A stretch of 64,000 bases of DNA from Desulfomonilia bacterium (GCA_963664325.2 CAXXDQ010000002.1:224001-288000), one strand, 5' to 3'. Counted from the first letter of the stretch, positions 22,431 to 32,116 are shown. The notes: generated from the sequence alone by a model not told the origin. Numbers and translations are program-made.

Positions 22431-22688
22431 TTACTTCGCTGCTGGTGGAGCTGCAGGTGCCGGAGCTGCAGGTGCCTCTGGAGCCGGGGCTGCTGGTGCT
22501 GCCTCTGGAGCCGGGGCTGCTGGTGCTGCTGGTGCCGGAGCTGCTTCAGGAGCTGGAGCCGGAGCTGCAGGAACTGCCTGCTCTGTTGTTGCAGGAGCCG
22601 GAGCTTCTTCTTTCTTTGCACAGCCTACTGAAACTGTTACTGCAAAAACAACAAGTAATGCTACTGCTAGATTGATCCATTTGTTCAT
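22431..22688 (-). CDS. Small Ala/Pro-rich lipoprotein
   Basis: AGGAG RBS, lipobox 'VSVGC', then low-complexity APAPE repeats. Confidence 0.8.
   Translation of the reverse strand: MNKWINLAVALLVVFAVTVSVGCAKKEEAPAPATTEQAVPAAPAPAPEAAPAPAAPAAPAPEAAPAAPAPEAPAAPAPAAPPAAK
22474..22527. repeat. Exact 27-bp tandem duplication within the Ala/Pro lipoprotein gene
   Basis: GCCTCTGGAGCCGGGGCTGCTGGTGCT at 22474-22500 and 22501-22527. Confidence 0.9.
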
Positions 22689-22736
22689 ACCACTATCTCC
22701 TTTAAAATTTTTATTTTTGTAATTCTATTGACTGCT

Positions 22737-23291
22737 TTATTTGTTAACTATTACAAACTGGTCGTTTCTGTTCTTGGCCCAGGCTTCTTCCGTGTGTCCT
22801 GGATCAAGGGGTTTTTCCTTACCGTAACTTATCGTGGAAATACGTTCTTTTTCAACTCCCAGTGTTACTAGGAAATCCATAGCGGCTTTTGCTCTTCTCT
22901 CGCCCAGGGCCAGGTTGTATTCGACGGTTCCTCTTTCATCGCAGTTTCCTGCAATTTGAATTGTAACGTTAGAATGAGCTTTCAGGAAAGTTCCATCCTG
23001 ATTCAATATTTCCTGTGCCTCAGGTTTTAAATCAAATTTGTCAAAATCAAAATATATATTCTTTTCCTGAAGTGCCTTAATTTCATCATCAAGACTTGGC
23101 ATAGGGGCTTGGGTCTGTATCTTGACTTCCTCTTTGGGCTTTTCCGGAGCTGGTGCTGGTGCCGGTTCAGCGACCGGAGCTTTAATTTCTTCCACCGGTT
23201 TTGGAGGCTCAGCCTTTTTTGCGCAACCACTAACCACGAATGCCAGTACGATAAATAGTACTGCAATCGAACCGAAATAGGATTTTCTCAT
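22737..23291 (-). CDS. pal: Peptidoglycan-associated lipoprotein (OmpA-like domain)
   Basis: Lipobox 'VSGC', 'IYFDFDK', 'GNCDERGT.EYNLALGERRA', 'SYGKEKP', 'AWAKNR'. Confidence 0.93.
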   Translation of the reverse strand: MRKSYFGSIAVLFIVLAFVVSGCAKKAEPPKPVEEIKAPVAEPAPAPAPEKPKEEVKIQTQAPMPSLDDEIKALQEKNIYFDFDKFDLKPEAQEILNQDGTFLKAHSNVTIQIAGNCDERGTVEYNLALGERRAKAAMDFLVTLGVEKERISTISYGKEKPLDPGHTEEAWAKNRNDQFVIVNK

Positions 23292-23851
23292 CAGATACCT
23301 CCTGCGTAGTTTTTTTAAAATTAATTGTTAATTACTCTTTACGTTGTGATGGTCAAGTGGAAAAAGCTTCTCTTGCTATTAACAATCCTGAACATGCTTT
23401 TTTATTATAACGACATAAAAGCCTTGTCAACAAGAAATCTCCTCATAAAGTAGCTTGTAAAGCCACTTTATGGGCGTTTTAAATTAAAATGCTCTAATGT
23501 CCGATTAAATTTTTAGGATAATATTTTCAACCTGTTCTCCTGTATTGTCAAAAAGCATCATATTTTAACTGTCTTTAAGTGCTGGCATAGTGTCTCTATT
23601 TGAGCCTTCCCTGTGTGTTTTTGCAGGGTTTGTAAAGCTGGATTTGTTTGGAAGGAGATCGCTGTTACTCCCAATCAAAATAGTATAAGTTTTTTGTTAC
23701 TCCTAAAACAATTGTATTCTCAATCCATGATCTGCCATGATACGGGATATTTACGGACTTTGCGAAATCCCCTTAAGCATACGAAGCCAATGATTATAAT
23801 GATATTATAATTAAGAAAAATATCTTTATAACCAAAAACGATTCCTTATTT

Positions 23852-25708
23852 TTAAACATCGTCTGAGAGGCTGTCGAGTCTTACCTCATAGACTGATTTG
23901 AGGCTGTCATATTCAGATGTAAGTCTGTCCAGTTCATCGAAGAGAATATTGATCCTGCTTTCATTCTTGCTAAGGATAATTGAAAGTTCGGCAATCCTTT
24001 TCCCGTCTCTTTCCTGTGTTGCAAAAGTTATCGATTCGTTTAAAGTCTCCGATTCCTTTTCAAGGGCTTCTATCTCATTTTCAATATTTTCTATTTTCTG
24101 TTCCAGCGGTTTAAGAACCTTTGAGCGCTCTGTAATGATATGCGATCTTGCTTTTCTTAGCTCTTTCTTCCCAAGTGCGGCATCCATGTTGTTGTCCGAT
24201 TGTTCCTGCTTGAGGGGTAATTCATCATCGCCCCAGCCGCCCTTATCAAGGAAGTCCTGATAACTGCCCTCGAATACGAACGATTTTCCATCCTGAAAAA
24301 CTATAAGCCTTTCAGCCAATGCATGTAAAAACATCTCATTGTGCGTTACAAGAATAACGGCGCCGTTGAAGCTGTCTATTGCAGAGAGAAGCGCATCGCA
24401 TGATTCCATATCAAGATGGTTTGTGGGCTCATCCAGAAGAAGCATATTGACGGGAGTTGCAAGGATTTTACCAAGCATGACCCTGCTTTTTTCCCCCCCC
24501 GACAATACGGCAATTTTTTTGAGCGCATCATCACCTTCAAAAAGCATTGCGCCGCAGATGTTTCTTGCAGTCTGCCTGTCGACATCAGGTGCGGAAGCCA
24601 TTATTTCCTCTTCAATAGTGCGTTTATCAGCAAGTATGCCGACATTGGTCTGTTCGAAGAAAGACCATTCAACACCCTTGTTCCAAATGAATTCACCTGT
24701 TATCTGCTTGAGATCACCTGCAATAAGACGTAAAAGTGTAGTCTTTCCTTTGCCGTTCTGTCCCACAATGCATATTTTATCGTGTGCGCCGATTGAGATA
24801 TCAAAGCCGTTAATAAGCGGGTTGGCTGGAGCAAAAGAAAAACTGATGTTTTTCGCGCTCAGGACATATTTTCCATTGTATGTCTTTTCCCTGAAACTGA
24901 ATTCGAGTGTTTTTAGATTTTCAAGCTTGTTCTTTTTCTCCTGCTTTTCCAGGGCCTTCACCCTTGACTGGACGAGCCCTGCAAGTCTGGCCTTTGCCCT
25001 GAAGCGGGTGATGAATAGCTCAACCTCTTTTCTCTTCCTTTCATCATTCAGCCTTGTTTTTTCATAAATCTCTTCATCCTGAGCCATCTGCGTATAGTAC
25101 TTTTCCGTGGTTCCTGGGATTTTCCGCAGCTTTTTCCTGTGAATGCCTATCACATGCGTTATTACCTTATCCATGAAACCGCGGTCATGTGTGATAAGCA
25201 TAAGTTCGCGGGGCCAGCCTTGAAGAAATTTTTCAATCCACCTTATGGATGTAATATCCAGGTAATTTGTGGGTTCGTCGAGGAGCAGCAGATCCGGTTC
25301 TGAAACAAGCACCTTGGCAAGGTTGAGCCTTATCTGGTAACCGCCGGAGAATTCAAGGGGGTTTCTGTCCATGTCTGACGGCTCAAAACCCAGACCTGCA
25401 AGCACCTTCTCAACCTTCCAGGAATGTTCCTTTTCTGCCTTGGGCAAACCTTTCATGCCTTCTTTCAGAACCGTATCTTCCGTAAAATCAAGCTGCTGCT
25501 TTACATAACCTATACGGTAATTGCGGGGGATTGTAACCGAACCTTCATCAGGGAAGTCTTCACCTGTAATAATTCTCAGAAGTGTTGTTTTGCCGTGGCC
25601 GTTACGCCCGACAAGACCGACCTTTTCCTTCTGGTTAAGCTTGAAACTTGCTCCTTCGAACAGTGTCTGTTTGCCATACGCTTTTCCTAGATTGTCAATG
25701 CTTATCAT
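23852..25708 (-). CDS. ABC-F family ATPase (YheS/Uup-like)
   Basis: Two ABC domains (GRNGHGKTT; GQNGKGKTT; two DEPTN motifs), linker, C-terminal coiled coil, no transmembrane segments. Confidence 0.92.
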   Translation of the reverse strand: MISIDNLGKAYGKQTLFEGASFKLNQKEKVGLVGRNGHGKTTLLRIITGEDFPDEGSVTIPRNYRIGYVKQQLDFTEDTVLKEGMKGLPKAEKEHSWKVEKVLAGLGFEPSDMDRNPLEFSGGYQIRLNLAKVLVSEPDLLLLDEPTNYLDITSIRWIEKFLQGWPRELMLITHDRGFMDKVITHVIGIHRKKLRKIPGTTEKYYTQMAQDEEIYEKTRLNDERKRKEVELFITRFRAKARLAGLVQSRVKALEKQEKKNKLENLKTLEFSFREKTYNGKYVLSAKNISFSFAPANPLINGFDISIGAHDKICIVGQNGKGKTTLLRLIAGDLKQITGEFIWNKGVEWSFFEQTNVGILADKRTIEEEIMASAPDVDRQTARNICGAMLFEGDDALKKIAVLSGGEKSRVMLGKILATPVNMLLLDEPTNHLDMESCDALLSAIDSFNGAVILVTHNEMFLHALAERLIVFQDGKSFVFEGSYQDFLDKGGWGDDELPLKQEQSDNNMDAALGKKELRKARSHIITERSKVLKPLEQKIENIENEIEALEKESETLNESITFATQERDGKRIAELSIILSKNESRINILFDELDRLTSEYDSLKSVYEVRLDSLSDDV

Positions 25709-25810
25709 ATGCTGATTGAAGCTATAAGATCAGAGACAAGCTGTCAATCGTGCAGGTTTTTTAATCTGCCTGCCATCGGTCAGATGTATATAAAAGGTGA
25801 TTTTTATAAA

Positions 25811-25863
25811 TTGACTGAAATGTCAAAAATTAAATTGACACGTCAATCAACTTTCGATATCCT
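25811..25863 (+). promoter_or_regulatory. TetR promoter with overlapping palindromic operator candidates
   Basis: TTGAC-N6-GTCAA (25811-25826) and ATTGAC-AC-GTCAAT (25834-25847). TTGACA at 25835, 17-nt spacer, TATCCT at 25858. ATG 7 nt later with no SD. Confidence 0.65.
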
Positions 25864-25870
25864 TTTCTTT

Positions 25871-26458
25871 ATGGCTAAAGATGATAAGCAGAAAATTATT
25901 ATTGATGCTGCATTGGAAGTCTTCAGGGATAAAGGATTCGCTAATACCCGCATGGCCGACATAGCCAATCGCGCAGGGGTTTCATACGGTCTGGTCTATC
26001 ATTATTTTTCAAGCAAGGAAGTTCTTTTCGACGTTATTGTTGAGTCATGGTGGAAAAGTCTTTACGAGATGCTTGAGAGGGAAAAGGCGGTTGAAGATGG
26101 GTTTGAGAACAAACTCAGAAATATAATAAGCTTTTTCCTTGATACCTATGACAAAAATCCTAACCTGATGGCGATTTTCGTCACTGAAGTTTCAAGGAGT
26201 TCTGTATACCACACAGCAAGAGGGCTTTCCAAGTTCAGGAAACTGTTTGAGCTGTTCGAACAGATAATGGTTATAGGGCAGAAAAAGAAATTTCTTCGGA
26301 ATGATGTGGCACCTCATTATCTGACCTATATTTTCCTTGGTGCCATCGAGGCCTTCCTATCTGTTGCAGTGCTGGGTAATGAGAAGCTTTCAAATGACAG
26401 GAAAATTCGAGCGACGAATGCCATCATAAGCGTATTCCTTAACGGGGCAAAGGTATGA
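25871..26458 (+). CDS. TetR/AcrR family transcriptional regulator
   Basis: HTH 'IIDAALEVF..KGF..TRMADIA.RAGVSYGLVYHYFSSKE'. ATG at 25871 preferred over the ORF-caller start at 25709. Confidence 0.92.
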   Translation: MAKDDKQKIIIDAALEVFRDKGFANTRMADIANRAGVSYGLVYHYFSSKEVLFDVIVESWWKSLYEMLEREKAVEDGFENKLRNIISFFLDTYDKNPNLMAIFVTEVSRSSVYHTARGLSKFRKLFELFEQIMVIGQKKKFLRNDVAPHYLTYIFLGAIEAFLSVAVLGNEKLSNDRKIRATNAIISVFLNGAKV

Positions 26459-26534
26459 GAACCAATTCTTTGAGCTGCAAGTCAGGATCAGGGCGTGAAG
26501 TTGCAATCTGTATGTTTGATTTCATACCCGGTAG

Positions 26535-27122
26535 TTGTCGATGCATTTGAAAGGTCAACTGCATATCCATACTACTTATTCTGATGGCAGGCTGACCCAT
26601 CAGCAGGCTGCAGATACGTATTCGGGACTTGGTTTTGATTTTATAGCATATACAGACCATGACCACCTTTTGAAGGCGAACAATTGTGATTCGATAAAGG
26701 CGGTGAAAACAAAAATGATAGTTTTCTCAGGCATTGAACTAACATTAAGCACCCGCTGGGGCTATGTTCATGTCAGCCGTATTGAAGGGGATAAGGAGAT
26801 TCTGCACACATTTAACCATCCCGGGGAACATGGATTTTCAGTAAAGCATACGCTTGAGGCGATAGAAGACGTTTCCAACGGTCTGAGTATTGATGCGGTT
26901 GAGATAACCCATCACGGCTTTCTTTCAAAAGAATATGATACCGATATGATTCCCTACCCGAAGGTCGCAACCGATGACTCACATACAACTCTTGGCTGCG
27001 GAAGGGCATGGATAGAGCTTGATGCTACAAAGAAAAAAGACTCAATCATCAAGGCTATAAAAAACGGCGACTTTGTCTGCTGCTATGTAAAGACGCCTCA
27101 AATAAAAATGGTCATCGCATGA
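26535..27122 (+). CDS. PHP-domain metallo-phosphoesterase (minimal)
   Basis: 'LHIHT..SDG', 'TDHD', 'GIE', 'NHP', 'TDDSH'. Confidence 0.82.
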   Translation: MSMHLKGQLHIHTTYSDGRLTHQQAADTYSGLGFDFIAYTDHDHLLKANNCDSIKAVKTKMIVFSGIELTLSTRWGYVHVSRIEGDKEILHTFNHPGEHGFSVKHTLEAIEDVSNGLSIDAVEITHHGFLSKEYDTDMIPYPKVATDDSHTTLGCGRAWIELDATKKKDSIIKAIKNGDFVCCYVKTPQIKMVIA

Positions 27123-27153
27123 TGACTTCATAACAGTCTAAGGAGGTTCAAGG

Positions 27154-28296
27154 ATGAAAAGGGTTGCTATTTGTGCAGTTGCCCAACACAAGATCGAACC
27201 GGACATCTGGTATAAGCGTTTCCAGGGAATGCTTATCGACGTTATGGATGACATACGTTCCCAGACCGGATTCACCTACGATGAGGAAAAAGGTGTCAGG
27301 AACATTGTTACATGTTCCGACGATGTGTTTGACGCGCGTACCATCTCGAACAACGGCGTAACTGACGCTGTCGGGGCTCATTACAGGGGCGAGGAAAAAA
27401 TGGCTCAGGAAGGCCTGAACGGCCTTGGTTATGCTGCTAGCCTTATACTTGCCGGCCATGACGATGTTGTCTATGTAGCGGGACATTCCAAGGAAAGTCA
27501 GTCTGAAAGCCGTCTTCTATGCACCAGCCTCGCATTTGACCCGTTTTACGGGAGGCCCCTTGGGCTGGATTTCATGAATGTCGCGGCGCTGCAGGCAAGA
27601 GCATATGCTGAAAAATCCGGCATAACCGATGAGCAGCTTGCAAAGGTTGTTGTCCGTGCCCGCCAGTGGGCTGCAAAAAATCCTTATGCGAATGAAACTA
27701 AACAGCTTGAGCTTGGCGATGTTATGTACTCGCCTTATGTTTGTGACCCGATAAGGAAGAGTCATGTCTATCCCGTGTCTGACGGTGCCGTGGCGTTTCT
27801 CCTTGCTTCGGAGGAAAGGGCGCATGAATTCACCGACAATCCGGTCTGGATAACAGGCTTTGCCAGCTGTATGGACAGCTACTTCCTGGGTGACCGCGAC
27901 CTTGCCGGCAACTTCGCGCTTAAGAAAGCATCCGAGCGTGCCTATAAAAAGGCCGGAATAAAGAATCCGAAGAAGTCGATCAAACTTGCCGAGGTCATGG
28001 ACTGCTATGCGTATCAGCAGCCTATGTGGCTTGAAGGTCTCGGACTTGCGGATGAGGGCAAAGGCGGTGAATTCATAGATGACGGCGGGACCGATAAATT
28101 TAATGTAAACCGTTCGGGTGGTATGCTTTGCGGATCACCGATGATAATCGGCGGCATGTACAGGGCAGCGGAAGCGGCTCTCCAGCTCATGGGTAAGGCA
28201 GGCAAGCGTCAGGCCAGGGGCGTTAAATGCGCTGTTGTTCAGAGCACCACCGGCGGGGCAGGCCAGCACCATGCAGTTCTGGTTCTTGAGAAATAG
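27154..28296 (+). CDS. Thiolase-fold protein, Ltp4-like (module 1)
   Basis: 'DP...PLG....AALQAR', 'PVSDGA', 'VNRSGG.L..SP...G..R', 'QSTTGGAGQ'. No nucleophilic CxSG motif. Confidence 0.8.
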   Translation: MKRVAICAVAQHKIEPDIWYKRFQGMLIDVMDDIRSQTGFTYDEEKGVRNIVTCSDDVFDARTISNNGVTDAVGAHYRGEEKMAQEGLNGLGYAASLILAGHDDVVYVAGHSKESQSESRLLCTSLAFDPFYGRPLGLDFMNVAALQARAYAEKSGITDEQLAKVVVRARQWAAKNPYANETKQLELGDVMYSPYVCDPIRKSHVYPVSDGAVAFLLASEERAHEFTDNPVWITGFASCMDSYFLGDRDLAGNFALKKASERAYKKAGIKNPKKSIKLAEVMDCYAYQQPMWLEGLGLADEGKGGEFIDDGGTDKFNVNRSGGMLCGSPMIIGGMYRAAEAALQLMGKAGKRQARGVKCAVVQSTTGGAGQHHAVLVLEK

Positions 28297-28306
28297 GGGG
28301 TGAGGT

Positions 28307-29497
28307 ATGGGACATAAGAAAAACAGAAATGTGGCAATTGTAGGAATCGGCCAGACCGAATACTCGAGCCATAAGGAAAACCAGAACCAGGTTGAAATGG
28401 TGAATGAAGCAGTCAGGGCTGCATTGGCAGACTGCAATGTAACCATGGATGACATAGAATGCGTTGTCCATGGTAATATGGAACTTTTTGAAATGGTGCA
28501 TCAGCCAGATCTGTGGCATTCGCTTGGAACGCTTGCCTACGGCAAGGACGAGTTTCGTCTGACAACCGGCGGGACGGTGGGCGCGACGCTCGTCTGTGCC
28601 GCTGATAACCTGATTGCCTCAGGCATGTATGATGTAGTGATGGCGATAGGAATGGAAAAGCTTCAGGAAGGTAACACGACAGGCGGAATCACAAATATGG
28701 CGGACCCTCTCTGGTTCAGGCACCTTCAGACGGGAGCGCTTACCGCAACCACAGCAACGACCATGATAGGGGAATTCGGTGAGGAACGGGCCGAAAAGGC
28801 AGCCATGCACTATCGCATCATGATGGACAAGCATGCATGCCTCAATCCGCGCGCACACAGGCGTTTCGGTCTTGAGTATGAACAGATGAACGATCTCATG
28901 ACGACATCACCCAAGCTGGTTGGTGATCTCAGGCTTATCCACATGTGTTCCCAGTCGGATGGCTGCTGCGTCATGATTCTCGCCACTGAAGAAAAGGCTA
29001 AAAAACTTGCCAGGAAAGCGCCAGTATGGATACGCGACCATATAACCGTACATCGCGAGGAAACTTTCAACTGTTTCGGAATCGAACGACCTGAGATGAC
29101 GCATCATTTTGCTGCCAGACATCTTTATGAAAGAAACGGCATAAAAAAGCCCCTTGAGTATTTTGACGTCTTTGAAATGTATGACCCGTCAGCATGGTGG
29201 GGACTGGACTGGCTCAGGGAATTTTTCCTCCTTGAAGGTGATGAACACTTAAAGATGCTTGAAAACGGCGACTGGGACCTTGACGGGAAACTTCCCATCA
29301 ATCCGTCCGGTGGCGTCATTTCGACAAACCCGATAGGGGCGACTGCAATGGTGCGGCCTGCCGAGGCAGCGCTTCAGATAAGGGGAGACGCAGGCCCGCA
29401 TCTGCTTAAACGCGAAGTTAGGCATGCACTTGCCTCCGGCTTCGGAGGGACGCTGTGGACCGTGCTAATGATGCTTGAAAAAGATCTGGACTGGTAG
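28307..29497 (+). CDS. Thiolase-fold protein, Ltp3-like (module 1)
   Basis: 'VGIGQT', 'RLTTGGTVG' (Gly in place of catalytic Cys), 'CSQSDG', 'EMYDP', 'NPSGGVISTNPIGA'. Confidence 0.82.
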   Translation: MGHKKNRNVAIVGIGQTEYSSHKENQNQVEMVNEAVRAALADCNVTMDDIECVVHGNMELFEMVHQPDLWHSLGTLAYGKDEFRLTTGGTVGATLVCAADNLIASGMYDVVMAIGMEKLQEGNTTGGITNMADPLWFRHLQTGALTATTATTMIGEFGEERAEKAAMHYRIMMDKHACLNPRAHRRFGLEYEQMNDLMTTSPKLVGDLRLIHMCSQSDGCCVMILATEEKAKKLARKAPVWIRDHITVHREETFNCFGIERPEMTHHFAARHLYERNGIKKPLEYFDVFEMYDPSAWWGLDWLREFFLLEGDEHLKMLENGDWDLDGKLPINPSGGVISTNPIGATAMVRPAEAALQIRGDAGPHLLKREVRHALASGFGGTLWTVLMMLEKDLDW

Positions 29498-29507
29498 GAG
29501 GTGGAAG

Positions 29508-30665
29508 ATGGCTGAATATTTTGGTTCAAGAGTGGAAGATATATTCGGTACGATGCCCGAGAGGTTTAAACCCGAGGGTGTAACCGGCGTGGATGTGGTC
29601 ATAGGTTATGATATAACCGGTGATGGCGGCGGCAAATGGGCTGTAACAATCAAGAATTCTACTCTCAAGGTTGAAAAGATTGAAGGCGATCTGCCCAAAT
29701 GCTCGGTAACTCTGAATACGGATGCCGAAGGATTTGTAGGCGGTGCGATCGGAAAGATTGACACCGGCGAGGCCTTCTCTTCAGGCAGGCTCAAGGTAGC
29801 AGGAGACATAACAGCACTGCTCAATGTGCTTCCCAAGGCGTTTGACAAGTTTATGCCTGTCGTAAGGGCAAAGGCGATAATCGACAGCATGCCTGAGCGC
29901 TTCAGGGCCGACAAGGCTGAAGGCGTTGACATGAAGATAGGTTATGACCTGACAGGCGCCGATGGCGGCAAGTGGACTGTTGCCATAAAGGACAATGCCT
30001 GCACATTAAAAGAGGGCATAGACGCTGACAACACAGTCACGCTTATCATGGCTGCGGACATATTTGTCGGGCTAAACACCGGAAAGGTCGACCCGGGTAC
30101 CGCATTCAGCGCAGGGCAGGTGAAGATAGACGGCGATATGATGGCCGCCGGAGCCACAGCGAAACTGTTCGCCAAGTTCGAGGTCGCCGGTGCCGATGAA
30201 AAGCAGGGCGTAGAGCTGATAAGCCTGAAGTGCATTCCTTCTATAAACCACAGGTTCGCTACAGGCACGCACATGGGGAAATGGTTCAAGGGCCTGAAGG
30301 AAAAGAAGTTCTTTGCATCCAAATGTCCCGTCTGCGGAAGAACCCAGATACCTCCCCGTGAAGTCTGTGCAGTCTGCAGGGTTCGGGCTGATGAATTCGT
30401 TGAAGTCGGACCTAAAGGGACGGTAACTGTTATTGACAAGGTGTATTTTGCCAGCCCTGACCCGCTCAGCGGAAAGGTAAAGCAGACGCCTTATGCGGCG
30501 CTTTTCATGATTATGGACGGCTCGACGTTGGGCGAAAGTTTCGCACACGACATCAAAAAGGAAGATTTCGAAAGGATTCGTCCCGGCATGAAAGTCAGGC
30601 CGGTCTGGGCTGAGAACAGAACAGGAAGTTTTACGGACCTGCTCTATTTCGAAATCGATGACTAG
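29508..30665 (+). CDS. SCP2-SCP2-DUF35 (Zn-ribbon/OB-fold) fusion protein
   Basis: ATG after AGGAGG. Two ~110-aa repeats ('MPERF...GYD.TG..GGKW.V.IK', 'AFS.G..K..GD') followed by 'KCPVCG...PPR.VC.VC' and 'GMKVRPVW'. Confidence 0.85.
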   Translation: MAEYFGSRVEDIFGTMPERFKPEGVTGVDVVIGYDITGDGGGKWAVTIKNSTLKVEKIEGDLPKCSVTLNTDAEGFVGGAIGKIDTGEAFSSGRLKVAGDITALLNVLPKAFDKFMPVVRAKAIIDSMPERFRADKAEGVDMKIGYDLTGADGGKWTVAIKDNACTLKEGIDADNTVTLIMAADIFVGLNTGKVDPGTAFSAGQVKIDGDMMAAGATAKLFAKFEVAGADEKQGVELISLKCIPSINHRFATGTHMGKWFKGLKEKKFFASKCPVCGRTQIPPREVCAVCRVRADEFVEVGPKGTVTVIDKVYFASPDPLSGKVKQTPYAALFMIMDGSTLGESFAHDIKKEDFERIRPGMKVRPVWAENRTGSFTDLLYFEIDD

Positions 30666-30676
30666 GGAGGCATGAT

Positions 30677-31144
30677 ATGGCAGTGAGTAATAAAATAGAC
30701 AAGAGCGAATGTTTTGTAATGGACGGAAAAATGGCCCTGCCGAACCAGTATTTTGCAGGCAGTGTCGGTTCGAAGTTCATAATCTCCTTGAGGGATGCGA
30801 ACAGGATACTCGGCGTAAAATGCAGCAAGTGCAACAAGGTTTATGTACCGCCGAGGGAATACTGTGAAAAAGACCTTGAAAAGCTTGATGAAAACTGGGT
30901 TGAGCTCGGGAATGAGGGTGTGGTGACTAACTACACCATAGTGAATTACTGCGACAAGCACCTGCCCGTAAAGCCGCCTTACATACTTGCGCTTATCAAG
31001 GTCGATGGCGCTGACACGCCTTTCGCCCATATTGTCCAGGGCGTTGCACCGGAAGATATAAAGATAGGAATGCGGGTAAAAGCGGTTTATGCCGCTGAAA
31101 CAACGAATTCGATAAGGGATCTTGATCATTTTGAGCCTGCATGA
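30677..31144 (+). CDS. DUF35 Zn-ribbon/OB-fold protein (module 1)
   Basis: 'KCSKC.KVYVPPR.YC', 'PYILALIKVDGAD', 'IGMRVKAV'. Confidence 0.88.
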   Translation: MAVSNKIDKSECFVMDGKMALPNQYFAGSVGSKFIISLRDANRILGVKCSKCNKVYVPPREYCEKDLEKLDENWVELGNEGVVTNYTIVNYCDKHLPVKPPYILALIKVDGADTPFAHIVQGVAPEDIKIGMRVKAVYAAETTNSIRDLDHFEPA

Positions 31145-31188
31145 TGCGGGCGTTTTGAATTAGGTAATAATTTCAGGTTTGATTTTGA

Positions 31189-31222
31189 ACAGGGCGTAAG
31201 AACAAAATTTCTTCCGCCCTGT
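31189..31222. other. Intergenic stem-loop between DUF35 and BKACE genes
   Basis: ACAGGGCG-T-AAGAA...TTCTT-C-CGCCCTGT. No U-tract follows on the + strand. Confidence 0.55.
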
Positions 31223-31252
31223 ATAAAAAAACAAAATGGGAGGTAATTTAAG

Positions 31253-32116
31253 ATGGCTGATAACAAGGTAATAATCTGTGCGGCTCTGGCGGGCGCTGCT
31301 ACAATGAAGAACAACAACCCTTCGGTTCCCTATACACCGGAAGAATTCGCGATCGAGTCTGAAAAATGTTACAACGCAGGCGCTGCGATGGTACATGTTC
31401 ATGCGCGGCAGGATGACGGCTGGCCGACTCATGACCATGACAGGATCAAGGCTACTCACGATGCGATCAAGGCCAAATGTCCCAAGCTCATAGTCAACAT
31501 GAGTTCGGCGGTCGGTATGGGCAAGACAGCCGAGCAGCGTATAAGCCAGATCGTGCACGTCAGTCCTGAGATGGCATCTCTGAACACCAATACAATGAAT
31601 TTCTCAGTGCTTGACCGCAAGACGGGTGCAATATTCATAGACTTCGTTTTTGAGAACACCTTCACAATGCTCCAGGACTTCGGCAAGGCCATGGAAGCTC
31701 AGAAAACAAAACCCGAGATCGAGATTTACGACATGGGCGGCCTGGATAATGTCCTTCTTGTAATGAAGCAGGGCTTTTTCTCGCAGCCCATGAACTTCAA
31801 CTTCGTATGGGGTGTTGTCGGCGGACAGGCCTTCAGGCCCGATTCCTTCGTAGCCATGTATCATGCACTTCCGGCAGGCGCCAATTTCACGACCTGCGGT
31901 GTCGGTATCGAACAGTTCCCGGCAAACATGATGAGCTGCCTTATGGGCGGTCATATGAGAGTGGGACTCGAGGACAATACCCGCATGCCCGACGGCGAAG
32001 TTGCCAAGGGCAGCTACGAGCAGGTCGAATGGGCTGTCAATGTTGCGAAATCACTTGGCAGAACCCCGGCGACGCCTGATGAAGCAAGTGCAATAATGGG
32101 GACGACCAGAAGATAA
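31253..32116 (+). CDS. Beta-keto acid cleavage enzyme (BKACE / DUF849, Kce family)
   Basis: 'NPSVPYTPEE', Zn ligands 'HVHAR', 'PEMASLN..TMNF', 'KPEIEIYD.G', 'GGHMRVGLEDN'. Confidence 0.92.
   Translation: MADNKVIICAALAGAATMKNNNPSVPYTPEEFAIESEKCYNAGAAMVHVHARQDDGWPTHDHDRIKATHDAIKAKCPKLIVNMSSAVGMGKTAEQRISQIVHVSPEMASLNTNTMNFSVLDRKTGAIFIDFVFENTFTMLQDFGKAMEAQKTKPEIEIYDMGGLDNVLLVMKQGFFSQPMNFNFVWGVVGGQAFRPDSFVAMYHALPAGANFTTCGVGIEQFPANMMSCLMGGHMRVGLEDNTRMPDGEVAKGSYEQVEWAVNVAKSLGRTPATPDEASAIMGTTRR

Noticed and set aside
22370-22722. Gly/Ala-, Leu- or Gln-rich alternative ORFs over the Ala/Pro repeat
   Set aside because: They are alternative frames of the low-complexity lipoprotein gene. Only 22431-22688 (-) has an RBS, lipobox and terminator.
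23292-23851. 560-bp AT-rich gap and the 65-aa ORF 23613-23810
   Set aside because: No RBS or protein motif and no recognisable RNA structure. Most likely the pal promoter region.
25709-25870. N-terminal extension of TetR predicted by the ORF track
   Set aside because: The region holds the divergent promoter and palindromes. The HTH domain begins right after ATG 25871.
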